From positions 6,606 through 70,605 of the forward strand of contig CAZZJF010000001.1 of NCBI GenBank assembly GCA_964654325.1: a stretch of 64,000 nucleotides of DNA, written 5' to 3'. Below are positions 19,336-29,704 of the stretch, piece by piece; positions within the stretch are counted from its first letter, which is position 1, and the number at the start of each line of letters is the position of its first letter. The notes under the pieces are model-generated. The model saw nothing but the letters and a program-made list of their open reading frames with translations, searched no databases and was not told the origin of the DNA. The stretch comes from an uncultured Ferruginibacter sp. (lineage in GTDB: Bacteria > Bacteroidota > Bacteroidia > Chitinophagales > Chitinophagaceae). The position numbers and the translations under genes are program-made.

Positions 19336-20472
19336 ATGAAAAAAAATATAATCATCGTACTAGCCGCGTTGTTATTGATATCCTGTGGCAGTAAGAAAGG
19401 ATTTTTGGAGCGTGAGAATTCGGACAGAGCCTTACAGGACGCCGTAAAAAAACTACGTAAAGACCCAGATAATGAGGAGGCTAAAACAGCTATTCCACAA
19501 CTCTATAAAGTCATCCGGCAGAAGCACCTTGATAAAATCAACGCTTATACCGGATCTTCCCTGCCAAATAAATGGGAATTGATGGCAGGGGAATACCAGA
19601 TGCTTCAGGACGCCTACGATGTAATTATCAATTCGCCCACCGCATTCCAGTTAGTAACGCCGGAGAGTTACAGCGCCAAACTGCTTGAAATCAAAGAAGC
19701 GGGTGCCGAAGAGGCATACAAGACCGGAATTTCATTCTTCGAAAAACCCGGCCGGGAAAACGCGAAATCTGCCTACAATTATTTTCAAAAAGCAGGCACA
19801 TTCATCCCTGGCTATAAAGATATCAACGACAAGATGCAGGCTGCGTATGATGCCGCTACTGTTCGGGTTACCATTGAACCCACCCAAACCAGTGCCGGTG
19901 TAGGGGGGAATGTATTTGGTGGTATGGGCAACAATGTCAGCAATGAGTTTTTTCAGCAAAACCTGATACGTGATTTACCCGCCAGCAACCTGGCCGGCAA
20001 GTTTTTTACCCCTTCCGAAGCGAGACGCATGAATGTGATTCCGGATTGGACTATTCAATTCACCCTTCGAAGCCTTTCCATTCCCGACCCCACCAACACA
20101 TACTCCACTCGTTCGGTCAATAAGCAGATTCAAGTTGGCACAGACACTGCAGGTCGACCTGTTTATAATACTGTGTATGCTACCTTGCAAACTACCTTGT
20201 CAAAATGTACAGCCCGAGCCACCATTGACATGAACATCCGCCAATTGAATACCAGTACTAATATCGCACTGCGCTCGTTCAACGATACCTACACATGGCA
20301 ACAAAGTATCGCCACGTTTTCCGGTGACCGCCGAGCCTTATCTGATCAGGATTGGGAGTTGATCAACAACAGCGGTATCAATGCGCCCCGAAAACAAGAT
20401 ATTCAAATTGAACTGTATCGAAAAATGTACCCCGATATCCTGCGTGAAGTACAACGACAAATGGCCTGGTAA
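19336..20472 (+). CDS. Conserved helical/TPR-like lipoprotein of unknown function
   Basis: MKKNIIIVLAALLLISC lipobox; helical N-half and beta C-half. Confidence 0.8.
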   Translation: MKKNIIIVLAALLLISCGSKKGFLERENSDRALQDAVKKLRKDPDNEEAKTAIPQLYKVIRQKHLDKINAYTGSSLPNKWELMAGEYQMLQDAYDVIINSPTAFQLVTPESYSAKLLEIKEAGAEEAYKTGISFFEKPGRENAKSAYNYFQKAGTFIPGYKDINDKMQAAYDAATVRVTIEPTQTSAGVGGNVFGGMGNNVSNEFFQQNLIRDLPASNLAGKFFTPSEARRMNVIPDWTIQFTLRSLSIPDPTNTYSTRSVNKQIQVGTDTAGRPVYNTVYATLQTTLSKCTARATIDMNIRQLNTSTNIALRSFNDTYTWQQSIATFSGDRRALSDQDWELINNSGINAPRKQDIQIELYRKMYPDILREVQRQMAW

Positions 20473-20558
20473 ACCCAAAAATACCTTCGGGCGAGGCATC
20501 CTTCAACAAGTGATCAATCGTGTAATTTTTACACTATATTTACCTTTTCGTTTTGTCT

Positions 20559-23500
20559 ATGAAAAAGGTACTAATTGCTTGTTTGTTTTGGGCCTTCTCA
20601 TCACTTGTTGCCAACGCACAAACCACTGATTTCAGAAAAGAGACGATTTATTTTTTGCTGATCTCTCGCTTTTATGACGGCGACAGCACCAACAACCGCC
20701 CAAACGAATGGTGCTCCTATCTCCCAGGGGTCAATAATCCAAATATCACCGATCCGAAAGACGTAACCTGGCGGGGGGACTTTAAAGGCCTCATTGAAAA
20801 ACTCGATTATATCAAGGATATGGGTTTTACGGCTATCTGGATCAATCCGGTAGTCCAGGGACGAAGTCCACTTGATTATCATGGCTACCATGCCTGGGAT
20901 TTCACCAAGGTGGATACGCGGCTCGAAAGCCCTGGCTCATCGTTCAAAGATCTGATAGATGCGGCGCATGCCAAAGGGCTGAAGGTGATGTTGGACATCG
21001 TCACCAACCACAGTGGCCGATATGGTATTAAAGGTGTTAGTGAATTGAAATACAATACCGACCCAACTAAACCCTGGGGGCAAAACAGTGCCGGTCAGCC
21101 CTTGCAGGACAATCCCAACTGGGAATTCGACGGCAGCACGCCAAATCCGGATGATAATAAATTATGGAGCCGGGCTAACCTGGCGAAGATGCCGGCGCCC
21201 TACAATCAGAACCTGGCCAATTACAACTGGCCATCCACCCAATCATTTGTGACCACGAGCGATCCGAATTATTTTCATCACTGGGGGAATGGATTTGTGC
21301 AGGGCTGGGATGATACCACCAATTGCTATAACGGAGCGATCAGTGATGATTGTCCGGACCTGAACACCGGGAGCCGGGCAGTGCAGGATTATTTTTTCAA
21401 TGTATACAAACAGTTTATCGACTGGGGTGTGGATGCTTTTCGTTGGGACACCTATAAGCATATGAACAAGCAAGATGTGATTGCTTTACTCGATCGATTC
21501 AAGGCATACAAGCCGGATCTGTTTGTAGTCGGTGAAGTCGCCCAAAAACGATTTGAACTGCATCCTGTACAGGAACTAAATCCACATTGGTATACCTGGC
21601 GCGGAAATGTCGGCAGCTCCGCATCATCGGGCTCTTCGGTGCTTGATTTTTATGCCGAAGCTACCTTCCACAACACCTTTGAAAACGGGGGTAGTTTCAG
21701 CGGAGTGACCGACGCGGCTCGGTATGATAATTTGTACAATGATCCATCACAGCTGGTTACCTGGCTGGATAATCATGATTTTGGTCCGAACAACGACTGG
21801 AACAGAAGATACAGCGGTTCGGATGAGAATCTGGCAGCCTGCATGAATTTCATGTTCACCTGGCGCGGTATCCCCTGTGTGTATTACGGCACAGAAACCC
21901 GTTTCAAATCGGGTGTTTTTTGCGATCTGCACGATGCTGCTGGCATACGTAAAAGCATAGACGAAACCGGACGAGCCTATTATGGAAACAGCTTCATTGG
22001 CGCTTCGAATCATATCATCTACCGGCATATCAAAAAACTGAATGCCATTCGAAAAGCCATTCCTGCCTTACAAAATGGGAACTGGCAATGGGGAGGTAAT
22101 TATCCATGGAACGGTATCGGATATACCCGCACATCCGGAAGCAGTTTTGTTTGTGTGGGTTTGGCTAAGGACGGATCAGCTTCTTTCAATTTCACCGGCG
22201 TTCCGAATGGCATCTATCGTGATGCGGTAACAGGAAGAGAAGTCAACGTCACCAACGGAACCTTACCCTTTACCGTAACCTCCGGATCGGCAGGTATTTA
22301 CGTGAAAGACGGACCAGGGATGATTGGAGAAAGCGGCGCCGGATTTTTCGAAGCCTGTGCAACCGGCTGCAACAACACCCCTCCTACTGTTACCGTAACA
22401 CCGGTGGGCAGCAATTATACAAATGCCCAAACAGTTTCGATCTCTGCCAGCGGCATCACAGCTCCATATACGATATACTATACACTTGATGGATCGACAC
22501 CAACCATAGCAAGTTCCATCTACAGCGGACCACTATCCATCAGCACTGCCACCACACTCAAAGCAATCGCCAAGGATGCTGCCGGGAGAATTAGTGATGT
22601 AAATGCACAGCGTTACACTTTCGTTTTGCCTAAACCGACGCTGAACATCACACCCATCAGCGGCAACTATACCGATCCAATCACGATTCAGTTCAACCCA
22701 TCGCAAGGCACGCCACCTTATACAATTTATTACACTACCGACGGGTCCACTCCAAACACATCAAGTAGCATCTATTCGACACCATTAGTCATCAATACTG
22801 CAACTACAATCAAAGCCATTGCCAAAGACAGTCGCGACTCCATCTCACCGGTGGTAAGCAGAAGTTATACATTCAATATTCCCAATCCTGTTGTAACCGC
22901 AACGCCATCCGGCGGAAATTTCAACATGGGAAGCGTTCAGGTGGTACTTACTGCCACATCTCCTCGTCAACCTGTTACCATCCACTACAGTACAGACGGC
23001 AGTATTCCAACTGCTTTGAGTCCGATGTATTCTTCACCGCTTACTTTAACAGGAGGAGATCCAGACACGCTTATTTATATCGGTATTGATTCTGAAGGTA
23101 GAATCTCAGAGCCTGATACTTCCATCTACACCTATTATCCCATTCCTGACATCACGGTCTATTTCAAAAGGCCGGCCAGCTGGGGTACCAACATCCGTAT
23201 TCACTACTGGAATGCTCAACCGACCGGTGTATATTCATCTACTACCTGGCCCGGTGTATTGATGACGCAGGAATGCGGCGACTGGTATAAGTTCACATTC
23301 AGCGGTATTACGTCCACGAATCTGATCTTCAACGACGGCGCTGGACGACAGACCTCCGACCTGACAACCACAACAACCCGCTACTACGACAATGGCTGGC
23401 TAACAACGGCACCCAACATTTATACCCCGGTTGCCAACTTTGCCGTCAATCCCGGACTAACCGGAACAGCACCACTAACGGTAACGTTTAATGGCAGCTT

Positions 23501-25046
23501 ATCGACCGCCTGTGCCGGCATAACCGGTTATGTATGGAATTTCGGAAATGGCGCCACCAATACCGGACAAACCCCGTCGGCAACCTATACCGCTGCCGGC
23601 AGTTACCCGGTTACGCTTACGATCACGGACCAGAACGGAGCGACCTCCTCTATCACCCAAACCATCACGGTAAACAATGCCAGCAGTGGATTTTGGGTAT
23701 ACTTTAAAAAACCGTCCACCTGGAGCAATACAGTTCGCGTGCATTATTGGAACAAACAACCCGGAGGCACTGGCACAGCCTGGCCCGGAGATACCATGAC
23801 CCTTCATTGCGGCAACCTGTATAAAAAATATTTCAATGGCACCACATCGGTCAATCTAATATTCAACGACAATGCCGGACGACAAACCATTGAGCTGGCT
23901 GCACATCGCGACATGACCTTCGATGGCAATACGGCTATCTTTGGCGCGCCCACCAATAATGAAACCTTGTTTGCCAATTTTGAAATCAATCCGGCTGTTG
24001 GAAGCAGTCCGCTCACTGCAACCTTCTCTACCAACAGTTTGGTGAACTGTTCAGGTGCTCCGCTTTCATACAGCTGGACCTTTGGTGATGGCAACACTGC
24101 GTTTACAGCCAACCCCACACATACGTATGTATTACCGGGCCGATATACGGTCACCCTGTTCATCACCTCGGGTGGAGGAACAACTGGGGTAAGCACCATC
24201 TCCAAACGGATTGACGTGGGACTCTCAGGTAATCCGGTTAAAATCCATTTCCGAAAGCCAACCACCTGGATCAATACACCTCGTGCTTATTTCTGGAATG
24301 CGACGCCGTCCACCGCCAACACGGCCTGGCCCGGAGCATCCATGACCAGTGAAGGGAACAATTGGTGGTTTTATGAAATTCCGACAGCCCAATGTGCCAA
24401 TCTGGTATTGAATAACAATGCAAGTCCGCAAACAGCCGATCTGTTAAATGTGTGTGGAGAAGTGTGGTATGACAATGGTTGGATCAGCAATCTGGTAACA
24501 AGCGGAACTGTACCGGTTGTTTTACAGTCATTCACCGGGAAACAAAATGAACGCCGACAAAACGAATTGTATTTTCAAACAGCCAGTGAGACAGGTTTAC
24601 GGTATTATGTACTAGAAAAAAGTATCGATGGAACTCAATTCAGTCGTGTGGCGGTGATTCAACCTGGATTCAAATCCAGCAACCAATATCAGTATGTTGA
24701 TGCGGAAACTGGTGAGGTAACCACTTGGTATTACCGCATTCGCATGGTGTTGGATGATGGCATCGACCGATTCAGTAAGACGGTTATGCTGCGTGCTCAT
24801 CAAGCTCCATTGATTGTATTTCCCAATCCGGTTGACGACTGGTTACAATACCGAGTCAATGCCCAACATGCCGTTCGTTTCATTCGTATTTTGGATGCGG
24901 CCGGGAAAACAATCCATATCGAGTCTGTTCAAACTACAACCGGAAAAATTCATCGGGATAAATCCTGGTCTGCGGGTGTTTATCGGATTCAATGGTTGAA
25001 CGAACGCAACGAATTGATTTATGCAGAGACACTCTATTTCAGATAA
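20559..25046 (+). CDS. Multimodular T9SS-secreted GH13 alpha-amylase-family enzyme
   Basis: GH13 catalytic motifs DAFRWDT, VGEV, LDNHD; 3x YYTxDGSxP (CHB_HEX_C/Fn3-like) modules; 3x CBM26-like modules (YFKxPxxW..IHYWN..TxWPG..M); 2x PKD (WxFGxG); PVVLQSF pre-CTD domain; VFPNPV CTD. Confidence 0.9.
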   Translation: MKKVLIACLFWAFSSLVANAQTTDFRKETIYFLLISRFYDGDSTNNRPNEWCSYLPGVNNPNITDPKDVTWRGDFKGLIEKLDYIKDMGFTAIWINPVVQGRSPLDYHGYHAWDFTKVDTRLESPGSSFKDLIDAAHAKGLKVMLDIVTNHSGRYGIKGVSELKYNTDPTKPWGQNSAGQPLQDNPNWEFDGSTPNPDDNKLWSRANLAKMPAPYNQNLANYNWPSTQSFVTTSDPNYFHHWGNGFVQGWDDTTNCYNGAISDDCPDLNTGSRAVQDYFFNVYKQFIDWGVDAFRWDTYKHMNKQDVIALLDRFKAYKPDLFVVGEVAQKRFELHPVQELNPHWYTWRGNVGSSASSGSSVLDFYAEATFHNTFENGGSFSGVTDAARYDNLYNDPSQLVTWLDNHDFGPNNDWNRRYSGSDENLAACMNFMFTWRGIPCVYYGTETRFKSGVFCDLHDAAGIRKSIDETGRAYYGNSFIGASNHIIYRHIKKLNAIRKAIPALQNGNWQWGGNYPWNGIGYTRTSGSSFVCVGLAKDGSASFNFTGVPNGIYRDAVTGREVNVTNGTLPFTVTSGSAGIYVKDGPGMIGESGAGFFEACATGCNNTPPTVTVTPVGSNYTNAQTVSISASGITAPYTIYYTLDGSTPTIASSIYSGPLSISTATTLKAIAKDAAGRISDVNAQRYTFVLPKPTLNITPISGNYTDPITIQFNPSQGTPPYTIYYTTDGSTPNTSSSIYSTPLVINTATTIKAIAKDSRDSISPVVSRSYTFNIPNPVVTATPSGGNFNMGSVQVVLTATSPRQPVTIHYSTDGSIPTALSPMYSSPLTLTGGDPDTLIYIGIDSEGRISEPDTSIYTYYPIPDITVYFKRPASWGTNIRIHYWNAQPTGVYSSTTWPGVLMTQECGDWYKFTFSGITSTNLIFNDGAGRQTSDLTTTTTRYYDNGWLTTAPNIYTPVANFAVNPGLTGTAPLTVTFNGSLSTACAGITGYVWNFGNGATNTGQTPSATYTAAGSYPVTLTITDQNGATSSITQTITVNNASSGFWVYFKKPSTWSNTVRVHYWNKQPGGTGTAWPGDTMTLHCGNLYKKYFNGTTSVNLIFNDNAGRQTIELAAHRDMTFDGNTAIFGAPTNNETLFANFEINPAVGSSPLTATFSTNSLVNCSGAPLSYSWTFGDGNTAFTANPTHTYVLPGRYTVTLFITSGGGTTGVSTISKRIDVGLSGNPVKIHFRKPTTWINTPRAYFWNATPSTANTAWPGASMTSEGNNWWFYEIPTAQCANLVLNNNASPQTADLLNVCGEVWYDNGWISNLVTSGTVPVVLQSFTGKQNERRQNELYFQTASETGLRYYVLEKSIDGTQFSRVAVIQPGFKSSNQYQYVDAETGEVTTWYYRIRMVLDDGIDRFSKTVMLRAHQAPLIVFPNPVDDWLQYRVNAQHAVRFIRILDAAGKTIHIESVQTTTGKIHRDKSWSAGVYRIQWLNERNELIYAETLYFR

Positions 25047-25125
25047 ACATTTCGATAATCAGCTGAACATGGTTTGCTACCAAGAAATGGGTATTATATT
25101 CAAACACCCCATTTCTGTATAATGG

Positions 25126-25606
25126 TCAGTCGGCGGAAAACGAACGAGACATTCGCGTCAAATAAGGCTCTATGGCTGACTTTGAGGCGTTGGGATAGGT
25201 TATGTACAAATCACCAATAAAACTATAGCCAACCGAACGTTTCCAAAACAATATATCCGGTTGACCGTTCAAAACCGGAGATGACAAAATAATCCACTCC
25301 CTTCTTTTTATAGGTAATGTTGATCTCGGATGACGCCAGTGCCGCATCATACAATTCCTCCAACGAATCATCTGTGAAGCGGGATTTATTCAACGAGTGG
25401 AATTCAATGGAAACATTTTTTGCCTGTGTACGAACCTTGTAATCACAATAATCCGGACTCTGATCAGAAAACATGTTGCTGAGTTTCATGTGTGCCGGTA
25501 ATTCAATGGCAAAAGTGCAAGGAGTGTGTTTTATATATGTTGTGGTTTGAGCAAACGGATTCAGCCCAATTAGCAACATGATTATTAAAGTAGAAAGTCG
25601 TTTCAT
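25126..25606 (-). pseudogene. Small exported protein interrupted by a +1 frameshift near 25250
   Basis: The signal-peptide ORF 25606-25223 and the tail ORF ending at 25126 join as ...GFERSTGYI / LFWKRSVGYSFIGDLYITYP... Confidence 0.6.
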
Positions 25607-25680
25607 CAGCTTTTTTTATACTGCGTACTAAAGATAAAATCAAGCGAACACCATAGAATCATTGGAGGGATATGAACGTA

Positions 25681-26286
25681 TCACTTTTCGTCAATCTTCC
25701 ATTCGTTGTCTTCATAAACAAATATGGCTTGGCCACTGATAATTTGGCTTGCGTATTGCATCCATTTTGTCTCATTCATAGTCCAGGCCGATATCCAAAA
25801 ACGAAGCGATTGCTCGTCATTTTTCAGTTTTACTAATGTTTCCTGTTGTTTTTTAGAAAACAAGCCAATCGCTGACTCATACTCCTTTTGATTAATGCAG
25901 GCTGTCAGTCGTGCTGCCGTATAAAGCTGACCCCGTATTTTTTCTTTTTTCAGATTGATGACCTGCCACTCTTTAATCTGATTGCCATGCAGGCTTACAC
26001 GAGCGCTTGTAGCCACCAGTTCATTTTGATCGTTCAGCACGGGAATCAGCTGCCTATTCAACAAGAGCTTTTTGAGCTTATCTTGTTTAGAGTCAACTGA
26101 AATGATCTGACCATATTTATTTGTTTCAATCGTTACGGTTTCATTTTCTATTTTTTCTTCATGAAACTGTTTTTTCAGCAGCCGATGTTCTTGTTTTGTT
26201 ATTTGCTGGGTGGTTTCCGCAATAGATTGAGCCTGTATGATACAGGGAGTCAACAAAAAGATGATTGCCGTAAGCAGTTTATTCAT
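25681..26286 (-). CDS. Exported hypothetical protein
   Basis: Signal peptide; NTF2-like ending FVYEDNEWKIDEK. Confidence 0.7.
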   Translation of the reverse strand: MNKLLTAIIFLLTPCIIQAQSIAETTQQITKQEHRLLKKQFHEEKIENETVTIETNKYGQIISVDSKQDKLKKLLLNRQLIPVLNDQNELVATSARVSLHGNQIKEWQVINLKKEKIRGQLYTAARLTACINQKEYESAIGLFSKKQQETLVKLKNDEQSLRFWISAWTMNETKWMQYASQIISGQAIFVYEDNEWKIDEK

Positions 26287-26602
26287 TGATTCGTAATTTA
26301 TGGGTCGAGGCGAGAAAACGCATTAAAATTATTAATAAAGATAGGTCATCCAAAAATAGCAGAAACCCGACCATGAGCCTTAAATCCACATGATGAGCAA
26401 GATGTCATGATCATCACCAATCAATCGCTAGCTATGATGGGAGCAGCTTTTACCTTCAGCACTTAACCATTTTCAACACCCCTAAGATCCAAATGTAGGC
26501 AAGGCACAAAGCCGATCCCTTCTTTGTTATGTTGTTTTGGGTCGATTGGTGTAGGGCAATGATATTTCACAGCCATTGAACAATTCGGCCGATACGACAG
26601 AA

Positions 26603-27235
26603 TTAATTCAATTCGACCAGTCCATTCAACAACTTATCACAGTCATTGAGATGCTTACCCAGCAAATTCTTGGCGGTGTACGTGATAAATTGAACGGTGC
26701 CATTCGCATTTGAAAAATAATAGCCATAATAGCTAAACTTGACCCCACTCATAGTGCCGTTCATTTGGAGAAAAAGAACGTTCAATCCGTTGACATTTCG
26801 GTACTCTTCTTTCTCGATATACAAATCGGGTGCTACTTTTTTCCCATTTTCCAAAGCAATTACCTTCATCGACTCGAGCGGAATTTCAAATTTTTCGGTG
26901 ATGATCATCGCATACAGTGTGCCATCTTTCATTTCTAGCTCATACTCTGCGTCGGAATTCTCGGTGGCTTTCTTAAAATTCCAGTTTTTCGTATTCAGCC
27001 AAAAACCAACATTTAGTTTTTTACTTTTCAATAAAAAGGATGACGCAGCATCTTTTTTAAAAATTTGGGGATTCGTTGGAATTATATGTTGTGAAGAGTC
27101 CTGGGCTTGAGTATATGCCCAGGTGCCGTCACTATATAACAGAACTTCCTCGCCGGTTTCTGTCACCGCCTTTTTTTGTGCAAATGAGGCACTTATCCAA
27201 AACAGAAAACTTGCAATGAACAGGAGTGAACGCAT
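26603..27235 (-). CDS. Exported hypothetical protein (DUF3157-like N-terminus)
   Basis: Signal peptide then AVTETGEEVLLYSDGTWAY. Confidence 0.72.
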   Translation of the reverse strand: MRSLLFIASFLFWISASFAQKKAVTETGEEVLLYSDGTWAYTQAQDSSQHIIPTNPQIFKKDAASSFLLKSKKLNVGFWLNTKNWNFKKATENSDAEYELEMKDGTLYAMIITEKFEIPLESMKVIALENGKKVAPDLYIEKEEYRNVNGLNVLFLQMNGTMSGVKFSYYGYYFSNANGTVQFITYTAKNLLGKHLNDCDKLLNGLVELN

Positions 27236-27475
27236 AATGATTTAGATTTAGCTTATTATAACAGATTGTAAATGTATGACATTGATTCAAAATAAATCGT
27301 CATCTGATTAGGCATAGGACATGTGAACAGGGTTCCACAACTGGCAATGATTGATCATCATCGAATAAGCATTTCCCTTGATATCTTTCCCGTTTTTTGA
27401 CTTGTGATTCATGGTATGATAGCCAAGAAGGAATGTAGTTTGCTTTAGCACTCGCGCTATAGTTAGTTACATGTT

Positions 27476-29281
27476 TTACTTTACCTCTTGCATGTCCACT
27501 AATCGGTGATACATGCCTTTGAGTGCGATGAGTTCTTCGTGTTTTCCGCGTTCGACAATCTCACCTTTCCGAAGTACAATGATTTCGTCGGCATGCCGGA
27601 TGGTGCTTAACCGATGGGCAATGACGATGGATGTGCGGTTATGCATGAGGTTTTCGATGGCGTCCTGCACCAGCCGCTCACTCTCGGTGTCGAGCGATGA
27701 GGTGGCTTCGTCTAAAATCAAAATAGGCGGATTTTTTAGGACGGCCCGGGCGATCGTCAATCGTTGCCGTTCCCCGCCACTGAGTTTTTGTCCGCGATCA
27801 CCGATATTGGTTTGATACCCGGCTTCTTTCTGCATGATGAACGGATGGGCGTTCGCGATGGTTGCTGCTTTTTCAATGTCTTGCATGGTAGCCGATTCCA
27901 TACCCAGGGCGATATTGCCGGCTATGGTGTCATTGAATAAAATGGGCTCTTGTGTTACGATACTGATATGACTGCGCAATGAATGCAGTGAATAGTCTTT
28001 GATATTGATACCGTCGATCAGCACCGCTCCTTCTGTTACGTCATGAAACCGCGGAATCATGTCGGCGAGTGTGGATTTGCCGGCACCGCTGCTACCTACC
28101 AGGGCTACGGTTTTTCCTTTTTCAATAACCAGGTTGATGTTTTTAAGAATGGGCTGGTCGCCATAGGAAAATGTTACATTTTGAAATTCAATAGCATGGT
28201 TAAAGGCATGCATGCGATGACCATCCGGATTATCATGAACGGTTTCGGGGGCGTTCAGAATCTCATCAATCCGTTGCATGGCTGATGAGCCTTTTTGCAT
28301 ATTGCTAAAAGCACCGGTGATAGATTTGGCCGGATCGATCACGTTATAAAACAGGCCCATATAGGTTAGAAAGAGAGCGCCGTTCATGTCGATCGTGTTG
28401 GTTAGCACCATTTGACCGCCGAACCACAGAATACCAGCAAAAACCAGCACGCCCATAAATTCACTGAGGGGCGACGCCATCTCCCGTTTGTAACTGACTT
28501 TATTCCGTGCGTGCAGAAAATGCGCACTGATACGATCAAACTTATTTCGGATGATGCGCTCGGCATTAAAAGCCTTGATAACCCGTAATCCTCCAAGCGT
28601 CTCATCAATGGTGGCAATGGTTTCGCTGCCAGCTTTAGACACATCCATTGAATCGCGTTTCAGCGAACGCGTGATCGCACTGATGATAAATCCGATGACC
28701 GGCAAGCTGATCAGGATAATGAGTGTGAGGGCAGGATTAATATATACGAGAATCGACAAATTGATTAGGATCGAAAACGGATCTTTGATCCATCCTTCGA
28801 GCGTGCTCATGAACGACACTTCGATTTCATGCACGTCATTGGTCATCCGGCTCATGATATCCCCTTTTTTCTGATCGGTAAAATAGCCGATAGGCAGTTT
28901 CAAGATTTTATTGAATACATCCTGCCGGAGATGATTAATGGCGGTATGTTTGACCGGTACCATCGTGCGAACAGACAGATAGAGGAATAGATTTTTCAGT
29001 AAAATCGACAAGATGATCAACAGGCAAATAATCCCCAGGGCCTGCACCGCGCTACCTTGCTGGATGAGCACGGTCAGTTTCTCGGAAACCCACTGCAACA
29101 TGATATTACTTTGGGTTTTGGGCGTCTGACCGGGTACACTGAACAGCAGCTGCAGGAACGGAAACAGCAAACCGAGCGCCAGTACCGAAAAAACAATGGA
29201 AAGCAGAACAAATAACAGGTATAAGACCAGGGATGATTTGTGTCGTAGCAAGTAAGTAAAGATCCGCGCGTACCGTTTCAT
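27476..29281 (-). CDS. ABC exporter, fused permease/ATPase (MsbA-like)
   Basis: TM domain; GSSGAGKST, LSGGERQR, ILDEATS, IAHRLST; start set at MKRYARI. Confidence 0.93.
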   Translation of the reverse strand: MKRYARIFTYLLRHKSSLVLYLLFVLLSIVFSVLALGLLFPFLQLLFSVPGQTPKTQSNIMLQWVSEKLTVLIQQGSAVQALGIICLLIILSILLKNLFLYLSVRTMVPVKHTAINHLRQDVFNKILKLPIGYFTDQKKGDIMSRMTNDVHEIEVSFMSTLEGWIKDPFSILINLSILVYINPALTLIILISLPVIGFIISAITRSLKRDSMDVSKAGSETIATIDETLGGLRVIKAFNAERIIRNKFDRISAHFLHARNKVSYKREMASPLSEFMGVLVFAGILWFGGQMVLTNTIDMNGALFLTYMGLFYNVIDPAKSITGAFSNMQKGSSAMQRIDEILNAPETVHDNPDGHRMHAFNHAIEFQNVTFSYGDQPILKNINLVIEKGKTVALVGSSGAGKSTLADMIPRFHDVTEGAVLIDGINIKDYSLHSLRSHISIVTQEPILFNDTIAGNIALGMESATMQDIEKAATIANAHPFIMQKEAGYQTNIGDRGQKLSGGERQRLTIARAVLKNPPILILDEATSSLDTESERLVQDAIENLMHNRTSIVIAHRLSTIRHADEIIVLRKGEIVERGKHEELIALKGMYHRLVDMQEVK

Positions 29282-29326
29282 GTATAAAGTATACGCAAAG
29301 TAACTAATTTTACAGAAAAGGGGAAT

Positions 29327-29704
29327 ATGGCCGAAACGAAACGACAGAAGCAAGTAGCTGCAGTGATTGAAAAAGAGATGAACGCGATTTTTCAGCGAAT
29401 GGGACTGGCCACGCTCCATGGCGGACTGGTATCCATTTCGGGCGTGAAGGTAACCCCGGACCTCTATGAGGCCAGGATATACCTCAGTTTCTTTCAGTTT
29501 GAAGATGCGGCCAAAGCCCTGACGCACATTCAGGATCACGCCAAAGAAATCAAAAAAGAGCTCACGGCCCGGGTTCGTCACCAGCTGCGCATCATGCCCG
29601 TGTTACAGTTCTTTAGCGATGACACCCTGGCCTATGTAGATCACATTGAAAAACTCCTGCGCGACATTCAAAAAAACGACGGGACCAACCCATCCGAAAG
29701 CTGA
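29327..29704 (+). CDS. rbfA: Ribosome-binding factor A
   Basis: VKVTPDLYEARIYLS, RIMPVLQFFSDDTL. Confidence 0.93.
   Translation: MAETKRQKQVAAVIEKEMNAIFQRMGLATLHGGLVSISGVKVTPDLYEARIYLSFFQFEDAAKALTHIQDHAKEIKKELTARVRHQLRIMPVLQFFSDDTLAYVDHIEKLLRDIQKNDGTNPSES

Noticed and set aside
20559-25046. Internal repeats as a possible array or mobile element
   Set aside because: Explained by duplicated protein modules (CHB_HEX_C, CBM26, PKD) in one frame
29282-29581. 100-aa N-terminal extension of the ABC exporter overlapping rbfA
   Set aside because: Artefact of longest-ORF calling; ATG 29281 gives a normal N-terminus
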